Below, one piece after another: positions 49,306 through 63,345 of a stretch of DNA of 64,000 bases. Numbering within the stretch: position 1 is the stretch's first letter; each line of letters begins with the position of its first letter. This stretch comes from Malacoraja senta (taxonomy: Eukaryota): assembly GCA_038087875.1 (NCBI GenBank), contig CM075989.1:17486001-17550000 (forward strand), written 5' to 3'. The notes beneath the pieces are model-generated. The model was not told the DNA's origin. It searched no databases and saw only the letters and a program-made list of their open reading frames with translations. Made by a program: the position numbers and the translations under genes.

Positions 49306-52009
49306 CAGAAAGCGATTGGGACTGTTTTACATTGTCCCAGGGTAGACGTGTTTAGTACGGGCTTATTACGGGTGTCAGGGGTTTTAGGGAGAAGGTAGGA
49401 GAATGAGGTTAAGAGGGAAAGATAGATCAGCCATGATTGAATGGTGGAGTAGACTTGATGGGCCGAATGGCCCAATTCTGCACCTATCAATTATGAACCT
49501 ATGAATTTATGTTTCAGAATTTAACTCTGCTCTGAGATAAATGGTGGAATGTTTAACTTTATGCTGGATTGAGAAGGGAAGGTGGGATCGGGAAGGTGTA
49601 ACTGCCCTGGGTCAGACAGGTTTGGGAGTTCTTAGTTCTTTCTAGGAACAGTGGTATTGGGGACGTGCTACTGCAGAAGTGGTGCAAACATTAGCAGCTC
49701 TCAGCACAAGAAGCCATGTGATCAAATCCTCGACCATTTCCTAAACAGCAAGTAAAGCCCAAGTCATTGATTGAATTCTGTACAAACCAAAGCACTAATT
49801 TTATTAACCTAACAGCATTATATCCACATGTACTAAATCAGAACAAAAAACAGGTTCAAAGGGTCAAAGCAAGCAACTATGTAATGCAAAGATTGAATTA
49901 TAATCACCTCGAGAAATACTTTAAGAAAGAACTGCAGATGCTGGAGAAATCGAAGGTAAACAAAAATGTTGGAGAAACTCAGCGGGTGAGGCAGCATCTA
50001 TGGAGCGAAGGAATAGGTGACGTTTCGGGTCGAGACCCTTCTTCAGTCTGAAGAAGGGTCTCAATCCGAAACGTCACCTATTTTCCTTCACTCCATAGAT
50101 GCTGCCTCACCCGCTGAGTTTCTCCAGCATTTATGTCTACCTTCGAGAAATACTTTGAAAGGCGGAACCAGGGATGCATCTCTTCTGACTGGAAAAGTCA
50201 GTGCTGGTGATAAATAAGAGCTCAGGGCAGGAGGCTAACCTGCATTCTGACACATTACGGCAACCTCTGAAGACCTCAATATTCATTTATCAAGCTCAGT
50301 AAACACCCACTCAAAACTCTCCTGCTTCATCAGTCACTTATGGGCAGGACATTCAAACTTCCCAATAGTACTGCAGCCACGCTGACGTGATTGTCCTCTG
50401 ATTAGTTGGGAGTTGGAAGATCATAAGGTCATAAGTGATAGGAGCAGAATTAGGCCATTCGGCCCATCAAGTCTACTCCGTCATTCAATCATGGCTGATC
50501 TATCTCTCCCACCTAATGCCATTCTCCTGCCTTCTCCCCATAACCACCGACACCAGTACTGATGAAGAATCTATCTGTATAAAAATATCAGCTAACAGCC
50601 TCTGCGGCAAAGAATCCCACAGATTCACCAACCTTGTGAATTAAGGCCCTTTCAGAAATATATACACAATGCTCATGGTTCTGGTAAATGCTGCCAGTGA
50701 AAGGCTCGTCCACAAGCACAATTCAGCAGTCCGTTGCCTCGAATTTTGCAAGCATATGAAACATTTGTTGCCTGGAGCATAAAGAACAATTGTGAGAGGC
50801 AGTGATTGAAATCTCTGCCAATTCACAAACAGCAAGCATGTTTCCAAGCCTCTGATCAAATTCTGCACAAACCGCAGGACTAATTCTATTATAATAATAC
50901 GATTATTCACTTTGGTAACTGACTGTTTCCCTATTTCAGAAAAGGAAAGGGCAGGTGGTGCCTGAAACTCTCTGGAGATACAAGAGACTGCAGAGAGATT
51001 CATATTCGTAGAGCGTGGAAAAAGGCCCTTCAGCCCAACTTGCCCATGCCGACCAAGATGCCCCATCTGCACTAGTCGCACCTGCCTGTGTTTGGCCCAT
51101 ATCCCTCTAAACCTTTCCTATCCATGTCTCTGTCCAAATGACTCTATGACTCTCTGAGACAGTGCTTTCACTGTGGGCCTGACTGGAGACTCGGTTTAAT
51201 TAGTTCAGGCTTGGGGCCCACAAACTCCGACATGATTCAAGCTGCCATTATCCAGCCTGCATCAGTCATAAGGTCGTTCTTGGATCACTAAGTCTGCGAC
51301 ATTTGAATCGTCCTGCAAATAACACTCCAGATAAACAATACCATATGGTGAAAGAGCCGGAAGAGGAACGCCAGCCTTCCCGAGGTCAAAGCTGCTCAGG
51401 TACCAAAGCTCCGCACCATTAGTCACTGGCGCTGTTGCAGGGCACGGGACATGGAGATACACATTCCATGCATTCACCCCGAGCCTCACAATATCCCAAA
51501 GGACCTTACATAGAATAAACAATACATTGGAAGTGTATTGTAGAAAGTGTATTGCAGTTGCTGGCTTGTAAAAATAAAGGACACAAAGTGCTGGGGCAAC
51601 TTAGCAGGTCAGGCAGCATCTCTGGAGAACATGGACAGGTGATGCTTTGGATTGGGACTGACTGGAGGATTCAAACAGAGGCTCCATATTTGTGAGGCTC
51701 CAGCATGTTGGGAGGGGGGGTTACAGCAAGTCATGCCAGAGAGCCAGTGACGAAAAATAATAACTTCACAAACCTTCACAGACAGCTGTGGAGACCACAT
51801 CCATGGATATTTTTGAGGCGGAGATTGACAAATTCTTGATTGGTACGGGTGTCAGGGATTATGGGGAGAAGGCAGGGTAATGAGGTTGAGAGGGAAAGGT
51901 AGATCAGCCATGATTGAATGGCGGAGTAGACTTGATGGGCCGAATGGCCTACTTCTGCTCCTCGAACTTATGAACCTGAATGAGGGGATGATTTACAATC
52001 ATAACATCG

Positions 52010-52320
52010 GGGCGGCATGGTGGCGTAATGGTGGAGCTACTGACTTACAGCGCCAGAGACCCGGGTTTGAAATTGACTACGGGTTCGCATCTGTATGGAG
52101 TTTGTACGTTCTCCCCGTGACCTGCGTGGGTTTTCTCCAAGATCTTCAGTTTCCTCCCACACTCCATCGACGTACAGGTGTGTGGGTTAATTGACTTTGC
52201 GTATGTGTAAAAAAATTGTCCCTAGTGAGTGTAGGATAGTGTTGGTGTGTGGGGATCACTGGTCGGTGCGGACACAGTGGGCCGAAGGGCCTGTTTCCAC
52301 ACTGTATCTCTAAAACTAAA
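52010..52320 (+). mobile_element. V-SINE (HE1-like)
   Basis: Full-length forward copy following a CR1 3' fragment (~51800-51975). Confidence 0.85.
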
Positions 52321-54454
52321 AGAGTCCGTTTAATCTGATCAAAGGAAAATGGTGACCAGGTTTTGGTTATCAGGCGAAAGGCCAGGGGGGTAGTGAGGAT
52401 AATGTTATGGATATGACGATTAACCCAAATTATGGTTCAGTGGTTGTTCTTGTCGGGGCATTCTCTCGTTGAATATCAAAAACATATTTCATAACAGAGC
52501 AACACAAATACAAGATGTCTCCTTCTGATCGAGGGTGAAGGAAAGGAACGCAAGGAAGTGGTGAAATGAACTGTCTGCCTGTCCTGTAATTCTGATGCAA
52601 ACAGGCATCTGTCTTCAGTGCTTTATAAATCACTCACAGGAGATTCAGGGGTAATTAATGGATGGAGAAAGGCATTAAATGAAAAATATACGCAGGGTGA
52701 ATGAACAGCCGACTCAGTCAGCACTTCAGTTGTGAAAACAGCCCGCTGCACAAAGAACAAGTCTCCTTGAAAACTGTACTGAAATATTTGGGAGCTTCTG
52801 AAATGGATGAACCATGAGAAGCAAAACAATGCTCAGAAACAACACACCATTCATTGGGGAGAGAAGCTGACAGCTAATTAAACTAGCATCCAGTTGACAA
52901 CAACTCTGTGCTGTATCAAATTAACATGAACTCCTCCAGCAGCCTCGCAGAGCAGCAGCCATGGAACACTGATCACAGAGGAGAAACAGACACCTCTGTG
53001 ACATTCCCAATAATGTATTCTATCTTTTCAACATTTGCATTTAATTAAGTTACATCTTCGCTGAGGAAGCTGCAACTCGGAACGTAAGAAAGGACAATGA
53101 CGACAGAGGAAGATAAATTTTAGTTAAAGCCGTCTTCTTTATGCAGGAAGTAAAAAATAGATAAAGACAGACAGAGGGATAGGTAGAACGATAGATAAAA
53201 TTAGAGGTTTGTGAAGTCCTGCTAAACAGGGATAGATCAACGGGCATATAGATAGCTATATATCTATCTATATACGGTATATAGATAAGGCTAAATTGAT
53301 AGTTTAATTGAGTTTGGTTTAGAGATACAGCACAGAATCAGGCCCTTCAGCCCACCGAATCCGCGCCAAACAGCGATCCCCGTACACTAGCACTATCCGA
53401 CACACTAGGGACAATTTACCAAAGCCAATTAAAGAAGGGACTCGACCCGAAACGTCACCTATTTCTTCTATCCAGAGATGCTGCCTGCCCCGCAGAGTTA
53501 CTCCAGCATTTTGTGTCTATCTTCGGTGTAAACCAGCATCTGCAGTTCCTTCCTACACATTTAAGCTACAAACCTTTACATCTTTGGAGACAGATAGATA
53601 TGGAAGGGCTGGTTAGTCTGGCATGGCACATACTGGGTAGAGCTGATCCAGAATAAATAAGGCACTCATTTTTAGTTTGCCAGAGATGTGACCTGCAATA
53701 TTAATAATCTGCCTTGGTACTACTACACAAGAGGTAAACATTCAGTATAATTCAACCGCGAGTGTTAGTGATGCACTATCGCATTAGTTTTGAGCAACTA
53801 TGCTTTATCGTACAAATGGCCTGCAGAGGTGTCCCAGTATAAACTCTGACCATTTTGTAATGTGATTGCGTTGTCCAATACTTTGTTCACTGACTTTTGT
53901 TTAGGTGCTGCCTGTGAGAAATTACTGGGGGACAATAAAATGTTCAGTGAAGAAAAGAGGTGAAGACGTGGGTACAAGTCACAAACTTCTTTTCATACTT
54001 CACTGGACTTTTGTTCACCGTCGCAATTTATATCTAAAACAGTTTGAGCAACGTGCATACATCTTGGCCAGGCCGTGCAGAGGGCAGGCAGGGAAATGGA
54101 GTACGGCTGAAATCCATTAGCACAAAGGTCCAAAGGTCAGCCAGCAACAGGGAAGGAGTACACAAGATGGATGATCCTGACCCCCTCTTCAATCTTCCAA
54201 CAAGAGCAGGAGAGTTTTTTTAAAAGAAAGAGAATTGTTAGGGCATGGGAACGCCACTGGAAAAGCATCAGACACAAAAGCAGAATAGATTTTGAAAAGA
54301 ACTGAAAGGAAAGTTTATTTTAGATAGAGAGATGTTCATCGCAGTGGGCGGAGCCCTGGGGAATGGACGATGTGGAGAGCACTTGTGAAAAAGTCTGTTT
54401 GGACACAGTTAAACACCATCAGCATCCTGCAAATTAATGGGCTCCTGTGATAGA

Positions 54455-54785
54455 TCAGGCAAGAGGTATACAATTTTGAAAACGCATACCTCCAGATTCA
54501 GGGACAGTTTCTACCCAGCTGTTATCAGGCGACTGAACCGTCCTCTCGCCAGCTAGAGAGCGGTCCTGATCTCCCATCTACCTCACTGGAGACCTTTGAA
54601 CTATCATTAATGGGACTATATTTAAATTTATCTTGCCCTACATGTTACACCCTCTATCATGCATCTGTACACTGTAGACGGCCTGATTTTAATTATGCGT
54701 AGTCTTTTCGCTGACTGGATAGCAAGCAACAAAAAACGTTTTTCACTGTACTTTGGTATATGTGACAACAATAGACAAAACTGAA
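54455..54785 (+). mobile_element. Rex1/Babar-like LINE 3' fragment
   Basis: Similar to the 35245-35712 copy (ccagattcagggacagtttc...gttatcaggc). Confidence 0.75.
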
Positions 54786-56054
54786 CAGTTACTGCCTTGT
54801 ACATTGGGTGAAGCACAAACAAGGACTCGAAGGTAATTAAAAGAGACATTGGAATTGCTGGGCGAGGATACACGAGCCTTTCCCGAATTCAATGTCCATA
54901 TCCTGTAGCCACCTGATCCAACGATAATCAAGCAATTCTTGCAGTCAGTCTGTGTCAGTGAGAATACAAGGAAAACATGTATGATGTGAGTGCCAGAGAG
55001 GTTACAAACCAACCTCCAAACTCATCCAATTCCTCCCATGAATGCTACGCGAGTCAGTGCCTGGAAACACACCTTCAGTCCACAGAATAAAAACATGAAG
55101 CCAGCGGAAGTGGCCCTGGGGGAAAACACGAGCCTGCTGAGGCAACTGCTTCTAAACAAGGATGGATTTTAAATCCTGAATTTCCCACATACTGTAGAGA
55201 GAGTCATACAGCACAGGAACAGGCCCTTCGGCCCAACTTGCCCATGATGACCAAGATGTCTCCATCTACACTAGTCCCACCTGCCTGTGTTTGAACCACA
55301 ATCTGCTAAACCTGTCCATGTACCTGTCCAAATATCTTTTACAAGTTGTTGTTGAAGAGGATCTCGACCCAAAACGTCACCCATTCCTTTTCTCCATAGA
55401 TGCTGCCTGTCCCGCTGAGTTACTCAAGCATTTTGTGTCTATCTTGGGTGTAAACCAGCATCTGTATTTATTTCCTACATTCCCATTACCTCCCGTCGTG
55501 TAGATCCCACCTTTGATTCAGCCGAGACAAGGTGAATGCTTGTCACCATCTGGTTTATCATAATACAAGCACTCCCTGACTGTACTAATGGTTACGTTGC
55601 TTGAACCCATACGCAAGTCAGATTTACGCGGGTTGGAATTACCATCCCCAACCCCTGCCCTAAATATCTCACCGAGTCTAAAGAAGGGTCTCGACTTGAA
55701 ACGTCACCTGTCCATGTTCTCCAGAGATGCTGCCTGACCCGCTGAGTTACTCCAGCACTTTGTGTCCATCACTGAGAGTACTAACTGTCCCAGTGACATC
55801 CAGGGCACTTTCGTGGCCTTCTGGGTAAGCAGTGCTGCCATTGCCGGCTTGTTTCTGACGTGAACGTGAGTGATTGTACAGTGGTGTGGAAGTCACAAAC
55901 TGCTTGAAGTGTGAGTTTAGGTAGGTTGCATATTGTGTAAGTCAGGGAGCACCTATAAGCATATTTTAGGTTAGACTATAAACAAGAGTGTTTTATCCAT
56001 TCTCAGATACATGTATATGGTCCCATGACCCTATGGAATACATTCACATACAGT

Positions 56055-56358
56055 TTTGTTTAGTTCAGTTTAGAGATACAGCGCAGAAACAGGCCCTTCA
56101 GCCCACCGAGTTTGCGCTGACCAGCGATCCTCTCACACTAACACTCTCCTTCATGCACTAAGGACAAATTACAATTTTACCAAGCCAATTAACCTACAAA
56201 CCTGTACGTCTTTGGAGAGTGGGAGGGAATCGGAGCACCCCGGAGAAAACCCACGCAGGTCACAGGGAGAACGGCCATGCAGACAGCATCTGTAGCCAGG
56301 ATCGAACCCGGGTCTCTGGCGCTGTAAGGAGCAACTCTACCGCTGCGCCACCGTGCCG
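56055..56358 (-). mobile_element. V-SINE (HE1-like)
   Basis: Full-length reverse copy. Confidence 0.87.
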
Positions 56359-59300
56359 CAAGATTAATGGACATTGAGGTAACAGAGTATATGGACTTAT
56401 TGCAGGAAGGTGGCTGAGGTGAAACATCAGCTTTGACTAAACTGAACAGAGAAGCAACAAAAAGGGCCAAACTATCTCCTCTGCTTCCATTTTTTTATCC
56501 TGGTATCTTAGCCAATGTTTAAACCAATCATCCAAACCAAAGCAAATGTTTTATCACCATGCCACTGTTAGAATCTTCCTGTACACAGGCTGACTGCTAC
56601 ATTGACTTTATTACAACAGTTAACATATTTCACAAGTGTTCTCCTGTCACAGTGATTACTTTTCGAAGTTACTTTAATCATCTGTAAAGTATTCTAATAC
56701 ACCTCGAGGTCATGGAAATCATGATATAAATACACGTCTTTACTTTGACCGGATATGCAGCTCTTTGGAACATACTGAGACCATGAAAGTTGCCATACAA
56801 ATGCAAGTCCCAATGTTCACGTTGTGCGTTAAAATGCATTGGTACAAACATGACTTCCACCTTGATATCGAGAAGCATTATCAATAGCTGGAAATAAAAC
56901 AAAAAAATGCTTCAACATGGATAGGACAGGTTTGGAGGGATATGGGCCAAATGGGACTAGTGTAGATGGGACATGTTGGCCGGGTTGGGCAAGTTGGGCC
57001 AAAGGGCCTGTTTCCACGCTGTATCACTCGATGACTCTAATCAGTCCAATTTAAGACCAAATTATATATTTGTGCTTTGTCACGACAGGAAAAAAATATT
57101 TCAGGGAGAAAACAGACAAATTTCCAAAGTGACGTAGATTATTTTGGAACTTCTGCTCTCACTGGAAGGGATCACTTTGCAATGTGAGCAAAGCCACATT
57201 AGACAATCACATTTCCAGGCAAGTATTTTTCTAAATTGTTCCAACAGGCATAAAAAAAAAACATCTCCACCTCCCATCCTCTGGCCCCGACATCATCCCT
57301 CTCTCTCACTTCTATATTCTGGTTATCTTCCCTCTACACACGCAGCCCTGATGCAGGATCCTGAAGCGTCGAAACCAAACGAAAAGTCGACCATCCCTCT
57401 GCTGATCGACCCGCTGAATTCCTCCAGCAGTTTGATTTGTGCTCCCTTACTTAACACTCTGAAAGTCCTCAGCACAAGTAATGCGACTGTCCAAGAAGTT
57501 TTTTCATCAAGTTGTTGTGAGAGAATAACTCTGCTTTTGCCAAAAACATCGACATCCCAAACAGTGGCTACATCAAAAAGGAATTCATTTATGCACCTTT
57601 TACAGATCTCCCTGCATGTTATTTGTGAGGTTAGTTGATTTTAATAACCACGTTGATAACTGCAGCTTTTCAAAGGCCCCCTCCATTTTAATGTGTACAA
57701 CTAACAAGATTTACTGCTTTGTCCTTGCTATGCAGCAATTTAGCAAAACCCATAAAAACAATACAGTAGTCTTAATTGTATAACTGATCATAATCTTAAT
57801 GGATCTTCAGAGACACTGATCCCTACCAGAAACCAGAACCTTAATGAGATTAGTCGGCTGGATGTATCCATACTGTTTTCTTTACCGAGATTAAGATTGC
57901 ACTGTTATTGCCACCCCCCCCCCCCACCACCCCCTCCCCCACCCCCATCCCCCCCCCCCCCTCATATGTGCTGGCCACCATAATGATATTTATCTTATTC
58001 CCCCTCAAACTAAAGCAGTGTTCGGGCTCAACACTGTTACAATCATAGATAAACACAAAAAGCTGGAGTAACTCAGCAGGTCAGAAAGCATCTCTGGAGA
58101 AAAGGGATAGGTGACGTTTCGGGTCGAGACCCTTCTTCAGATTGAGAGTCTAGGGAAGGGAAAACGAGAGATATAGACAGTGATCGTAGAGCGATATAGA
58201 ATAAATGAATGGAAAATATGCCAAAAAGTAACAATGATAAAGGAAACAGGCCATTGTTAGCTGTGGCCGGGATGAAAACGAGTATAGACAATTATTGTGG
58301 CTCTCAGGATACTGACAAGGGCACAGATCCCAGTGAGGATTCCACTGACACCTAAATGAATATTAGAAATTGAGACAGCATTAATTTTAACTGTAAAAGA
58401 TAAAATCAGGAGGTAAATAGTGCCAAATGCCCATGTAATTTTGTGTGTCTAAGCAGCAAGGCGCGTTCGTTAGTGTATCATCCGACATACTTATTCCACC
58501 CAGGTAGCCAGGGCTCACATCTGAAACCAATGTAAGATCCTTTGCATTGCCACAGTAACAGAAGTGGAGCCACAGACAAGATTTGCTCACACAACAGAGA
58601 GAGGCAGAGGGACGAAGTTGAATAAATGGTGGTGGCCAAGAGTTTAGTTTACTGTTTAGAGATACAGCGTGGAAACAGGCCCTTCTGCTCAGCGAGTCCA
58701 TGCCGACCATCGATCACCCAGCCACTAGTTCTATCCTACACACTAGGGACAATGCAAGGGGCTAGTGCTCATTATAAAGTCTTTGTTACACCGATATCAT
58801 CCAAACAATTAATAAACTCTTACAGGAACCATCCCCCCTTGCTGCTTACACCTGATTCCCTATTGGATTTCTGTCACCGTGGCCGTGAATCCTCGGAGCC
58901 ACATCTGGTGATGTTCATCTGCTTCTATTATCTCCTCATATTTTCCTTTCCCTGGGTCCGGGGCGGCACCTTTCCTCAGCTGAGAGGCAGCTTGATCAGG
59001 CGAAGCCTCTGTCCGCTGTTCAATACACATCGGTTTCTGGCAGCCCCAGGATGCCTCATCTTTACCCCACCCTCCCACTCAACCTCTCCTCAAATCGAGA
59101 ATTCACGCCCCCTCTACCCCCCCCCCCTCCCTTTCCCCTCCCCAACTCGATTAACATCCAGCCCTGTGGGAATACTGTGCACTTTGCCAAACAGCCTTCA
59201 AGCCTCGGGTGCCAGGGGTTACGGGGAGAAGGCAGGAGAATTGGGGTTGAGAGGGAGAGAACGATCAGCCGTGATTGAATGGCGGGGTAGACTTGATGGG

Positions 59301-59374
59301 CCGAATGGTCTAATACTCCTCCCGCAACTTGCGGACTTATGAACAATGTGCACACCAATGTGAACTCTCTGTGC

Positions 59375-59801
59375 AAACTTCAAGATCCTCCTCCATGTCT
59401 ACAAAGCCCTCAACGGGCCTGCCCCCACCCACATAAAAAGTCTTCTCACCCACCACTCCACCTCCAGGCCCCTCAGATTGGCCGACTTGGGTTGCTGAAT
59501 ATCCCACGGTCTAGGCATAAGCTCAGGGGCGACCGCGCCTTTGCGGTTGCAGCTCCTAGACTGTGGAACAGCATCCCCTTTCCCATCAGAACTTCCCCCT
59601 CCATCGACTCTTTTAAGTCAAGACTAAAGACTATCTATACTCCCAAGCCTTCCTGACGTCCTCTGAGTGAGGGCTACATGTATATATGTATGTAGTATGT
59701 TTTTGTTTGTGCTATTCTTATAACAAATGTAAAGCACTTTGGCCAATGAGAGTTGTTTTTTAAATGTGCTATATAAATAAATGTGACTTGACTTGACTTG
59801 A
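59375..59801 (+). mobile_element. L2-clade LINE 3' end
   Basis: GDRAFAVAAPRLWNSIP...DSFKSRLKT motif; AATAAA then (GACTT)n tail. Confidence 0.85.
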
Positions 59802-60154
59802 TTTCACCACAAACCCTGGGGGTAATTACGGTCCAGCGAGCTTACAACTGAGAAATACCAAACCCGTTTTGTTCGAAACAAGATGGTGAAATTGGAAAGG
59901 TCCCAGGGCAGAGCCGACCATGCGAATGGAACTTTGTGAACTTGACCCGTTCCCCCTGCAAAATCCACATTGGTCAAACAAATCCATTGCTTATCACAGT
60001 GGTGGTTTTTTTTTGGTTTTTTGGTTTCTACTGTACATATCATTTTTGTAAGTAATTGATTTAAATTATTTTTGGTTTAAATAAAACAATCATTGCTGCT
60101 TGTGGGGATGAGGGAGTCGACCGCCTGTGTGTTGGAGTCCTGGGAACAAAACTA

Positions 60155-60630
60155 TAGTTTAGTCTACTTAAGTTTATTGTCACATGTACCGAGGTACAGT
60201 GAAAAGCTTTTGTTGGTGCTAACCAGTCAGCAGAAAGAAGACTACACATGATTACAATCGGGCCATCACGGTGGACAGTTACATGATAAATGGAATAATG
60301 TTTAGTGCAAGATTAAGTCCAGTAAAGTCCAAAAGTAAAGATAGTCCAAGGGTCTCCAATAAGGGAGATTCTAGCTCAGGAATGTTCTCTAGTTGTCGAT
60401 AGGATGGTTCAGTTGCCTGATAACAGATGGGAAGAAACTGTCCGTGAATCTGGAGGTGTGTGTTTTCCCACTTCTGCACCTCTTGCCTGATGGGAGAGGG
60501 GAGAAGAGGGAGTGGCCAGGGTGAGAGTCATCCTTGATTATGCTGCTGGCTTTGCTGAGGCAGCGTGAAGTATTGATTGAGCCAATGGAAGGGAGGTTGG
60601 TTGATGTGATGGTCTGAGCTGCAGCTTCTA
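60155..60630 (-). mobile_element. Rex1/Babar-like LINE 3' end
   Basis: ORF 60389-60670 contains SIIKD.SHPGHSLFSPLPSGKR.RS..T.TSRF.DSFFPSVIRQLN. Confidence 0.82.
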
Positions 60631-60874
60631 GGATGGAGCTGTTCTCAAACCGGTCAGTTGCCTGTTCCACATCAGCACCCTACTGGGTGGGAGGAAGGGA
60701 GGCATGGGTTGATGGCCGGGGAATTTTCCATTGCACTCACGTGGACACTTGTAACACAAAACACAGGAAGAAACTTCAGCAGGTGGGTCTGAATGTATTA
60801 AAAGTACATAAAGTGCTGGAGTAACTCAGCAGGTCAGGCAGCAACATGGATGGGTTGGAGAACATGGATGGGTT

Positions 60875-61195
60875 CTCTCACTTCAGGTAGCCCCGGCATT
60901 CCCGCTCTCTCTATCCCTTCCCCACCCAAGTCGCACTAGCTTCTCATTTTCACCCAACAAACAGCTAACAATGGCCTGTTTCCTTTATCATCGTTACTTT
61001 TATGCATATATTTCATTCGTTCTTTATCTCCACATCACCGTCTATATCTCTCGTTTCCCTTATCCCTAACCAGTCTGAAGCAAAGATCCTATAGATTCTT
61101 TGGTCTGAAGAAGGGTCTCGACCCGAGATGTCACCCATGCCTTCTCTCCAGAGATGCTGCCTGTCCCACTGAGTTACTCCAGCTTTTCGTGTCTC
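60875..61195 (+). mobile_element. Penelope-like element 3' segment ending in the hammerhead-bearing repeat
   Basis: FSHFR* end, then C/T-rich 3' region (shared with 58046-58290 minus, 40774-41020 minus, 48640-48880 plus), then ctgaagaagggtctcgacccga arm. Confidence 0.65.
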
Positions 61196-61583
61196 TATAT
61201 GGGTGGGTGATGTTCGGGTCGAGCCCGTTCTTGCTCCTGTTCACCCCAGCAAAGGAACATATTTAATGCAACTCTATGGTTAAGATGGATTTATTTTTTA
61301 AATCTCCTCACGCAGAGTGGGCAGCACGGGAGAATTAAATCCGTTAAGCCACTTGCGTAGAAAAAAACAAATGACAATAACCTTTCGCATAGATGCAGGA
61401 GAAGTGCTAATGAAGGGTTAACAATGATCATAATCAGGTTGCCAGGAAGTCGGTGGGGGGACAGGTAGAGGGAGCAGTAACTCCAGGAGAGGGCACAGTG
61501 ATCTTGGGGGGAAGGGCACAGGAGCCAGGCTGTGTTGGCTGTGTGAGTTCCAGGCAAATACAGACTGCAGGAGATTCGATGTA

Positions 61584-61586
<3 letters not shown>

Positions 61587-61620
<34 letters not shown>
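61587..61620. repeat. (CT)n microsatellite
   Basis: Direct inspection. Confidence 0.95.
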
Positions 61621-61625
<5 letters not shown>

Positions 61626-61876
61626 GCTGCCTATTCCTAGAAGCAAATCCTGGCTCTGACTAGCAGTGTGCTTGCTCCGTGACACAGTTCCCCACAGACA
61701 GGCTTCTGGCAACCACAGCAGCTCCTCATGAAAGCACGGCACAGATCCAAAGAAACCAGAGTCAAATAACAGCCACACTCTCTGGGATCCGAGTCAACTT
61801 CTGGGCTCACGTGACGGACCTCCTAGCGTTGGTTGAAAGGAGTCACGCACGACAACAGTCAAGCATGTTAAGACCA

Positions 61877-62245
61877 CCCCATCCACCACCTCCTCCTCCT
61901 CCTCCTCCACCTCCTCCTCCTCCACTCCTCCTCTCTCCTCCCCTCCTCCTCCTCTCCCCTCCACTCCTCCTCCCCTCCTCCTCCTCCTCCTCCTCCTCCC
62001 TCCCCTCCTCCTCCTCCTCCCCTCCACTCCTCCTCCCCTCCTCCTCCTCCTCCTCCTCCTCCTCCTCCCCTCCTCCCTCCTCCCCTCTCCCTCCCTCCTC
62101 CCCTCCTCCTCCTCCCTCTCCCCTCCTCCCCCTCCTCCCCCTCCTCCCTCCTCCCCCTCCTCCTCCTCCCTCCCCTCCCTCCTCATCCCTCCTCCTCCTC
62201 CTCCTCCTCCACTCAACCCACCACCACCACCACCACCACCACCAC
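61877..62245. repeat. (CCT)n then (CCA)n low-complexity tract
   Basis: Direct inspection. Confidence 0.97.
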
Positions 62246-63044
62246 TCTTTCCTGCCTCTTGTCTTTCTGGCAGCCTGCCAAAAGGTCGCTGCTTCAAAGA
62301 TAAATTCAATGGCCCGGCAGATCAGCTGTGATTCCAAGCATTTCGAAACTTGCCTTCTCGGTGACTGAGGAGCTCTGCGTTCTTCTGCGGGAGTGTGTGT
62401 GTGTGTGTGCGTGGGCACTGTCAGGTTTGTGAACACATGCCGGCAACAGAAAGGCACCACAGCAGCTGGTTTCAATATGCACCGAGTCACTGTGAAAGGT
62501 TCTGCCCAGTCCCCAACACGCGTGGAAAGTCCGTGCAGAGGGGGCAGATTCCTCGTCTCTCAACCACAAGGTGGTCGGTTCAATTCCTCTCCAGAGACCT
62601 GATGGCAAAAATCTAGGCTTATTCTCTAGGGAAAGAGTGCTGCAGGGAGGAAGATGGTACCATCCAACTGCAGAAGCTAAACCGAGGACTACCTTTTACC
62701 TTGCACTAAACGTTATTCCCTTATCATGTACCTGTACGATTGTAATCTTTCCCCTGTTATTGTCTTTCCCCTGGCTGGTTAGCTCACAACTAAGGCTTTC
62801 CACTGTACCTCGGTACACACGTGACATTAAACTACACTGAAATGAACAAAGTCCTGCTTTCCTCTCAAATGGACAAAAAAATATGAGATAGGTTAATTTT
62901 GGTGTAAAGGAGTAAAGGCCTGGCCAATGGTTAATTATTATTAATTAATGGTTAGTTAGATGATCTAAATTATTATTATTATGCCATTGACTGTGGGCGG
63001 GTTGTGTACTGGACTGGGTGTAACGGTAACGAAGTGCTTAAGAC

Positions 63045-63345
63045 TATAGAGATACAGCGCGGAAACAGGCCCTTCGACCCATCGAGTCCGCGGCGAACAG
63101 CGATCACCCATATACCAACACTATCCTACACACGTGGGACAATTTACAATTTACAGAAGCCAATTAACCTGCAAACCTGCACATCTTTGGAGTGTGGGAG
63201 GAAATCGGACAGAGCACCTGGAGAAAATCCACGTGGTCACGGGGAGAATGTACAACTCGGCACAGATAGCACCCGTGGTCAGGATCGAACCTAGGTCTCT
63301 GGCGCTGTAAGGCAGCAACTCTGCAAGGCTGCGTCACTGTGCCAC
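63045..63345 (-). mobile_element. V-SINE (HE1-like)
   Basis: Full-length reverse copy. Confidence 0.85.

Noticed and set aside
58626..59342. 238-aa ORF, the longest in the track
   Set aside because: It runs through a SINE tail, unique sequence and a CR1 3' end, has no domain-like content, and is most likely a chance ORF.
61679..62490. Long Pro/Ser/His- or Gly/Glu/Arg-rich ORFs
   Set aside because: Translations of the (CCT)n/(CCA)n tract.
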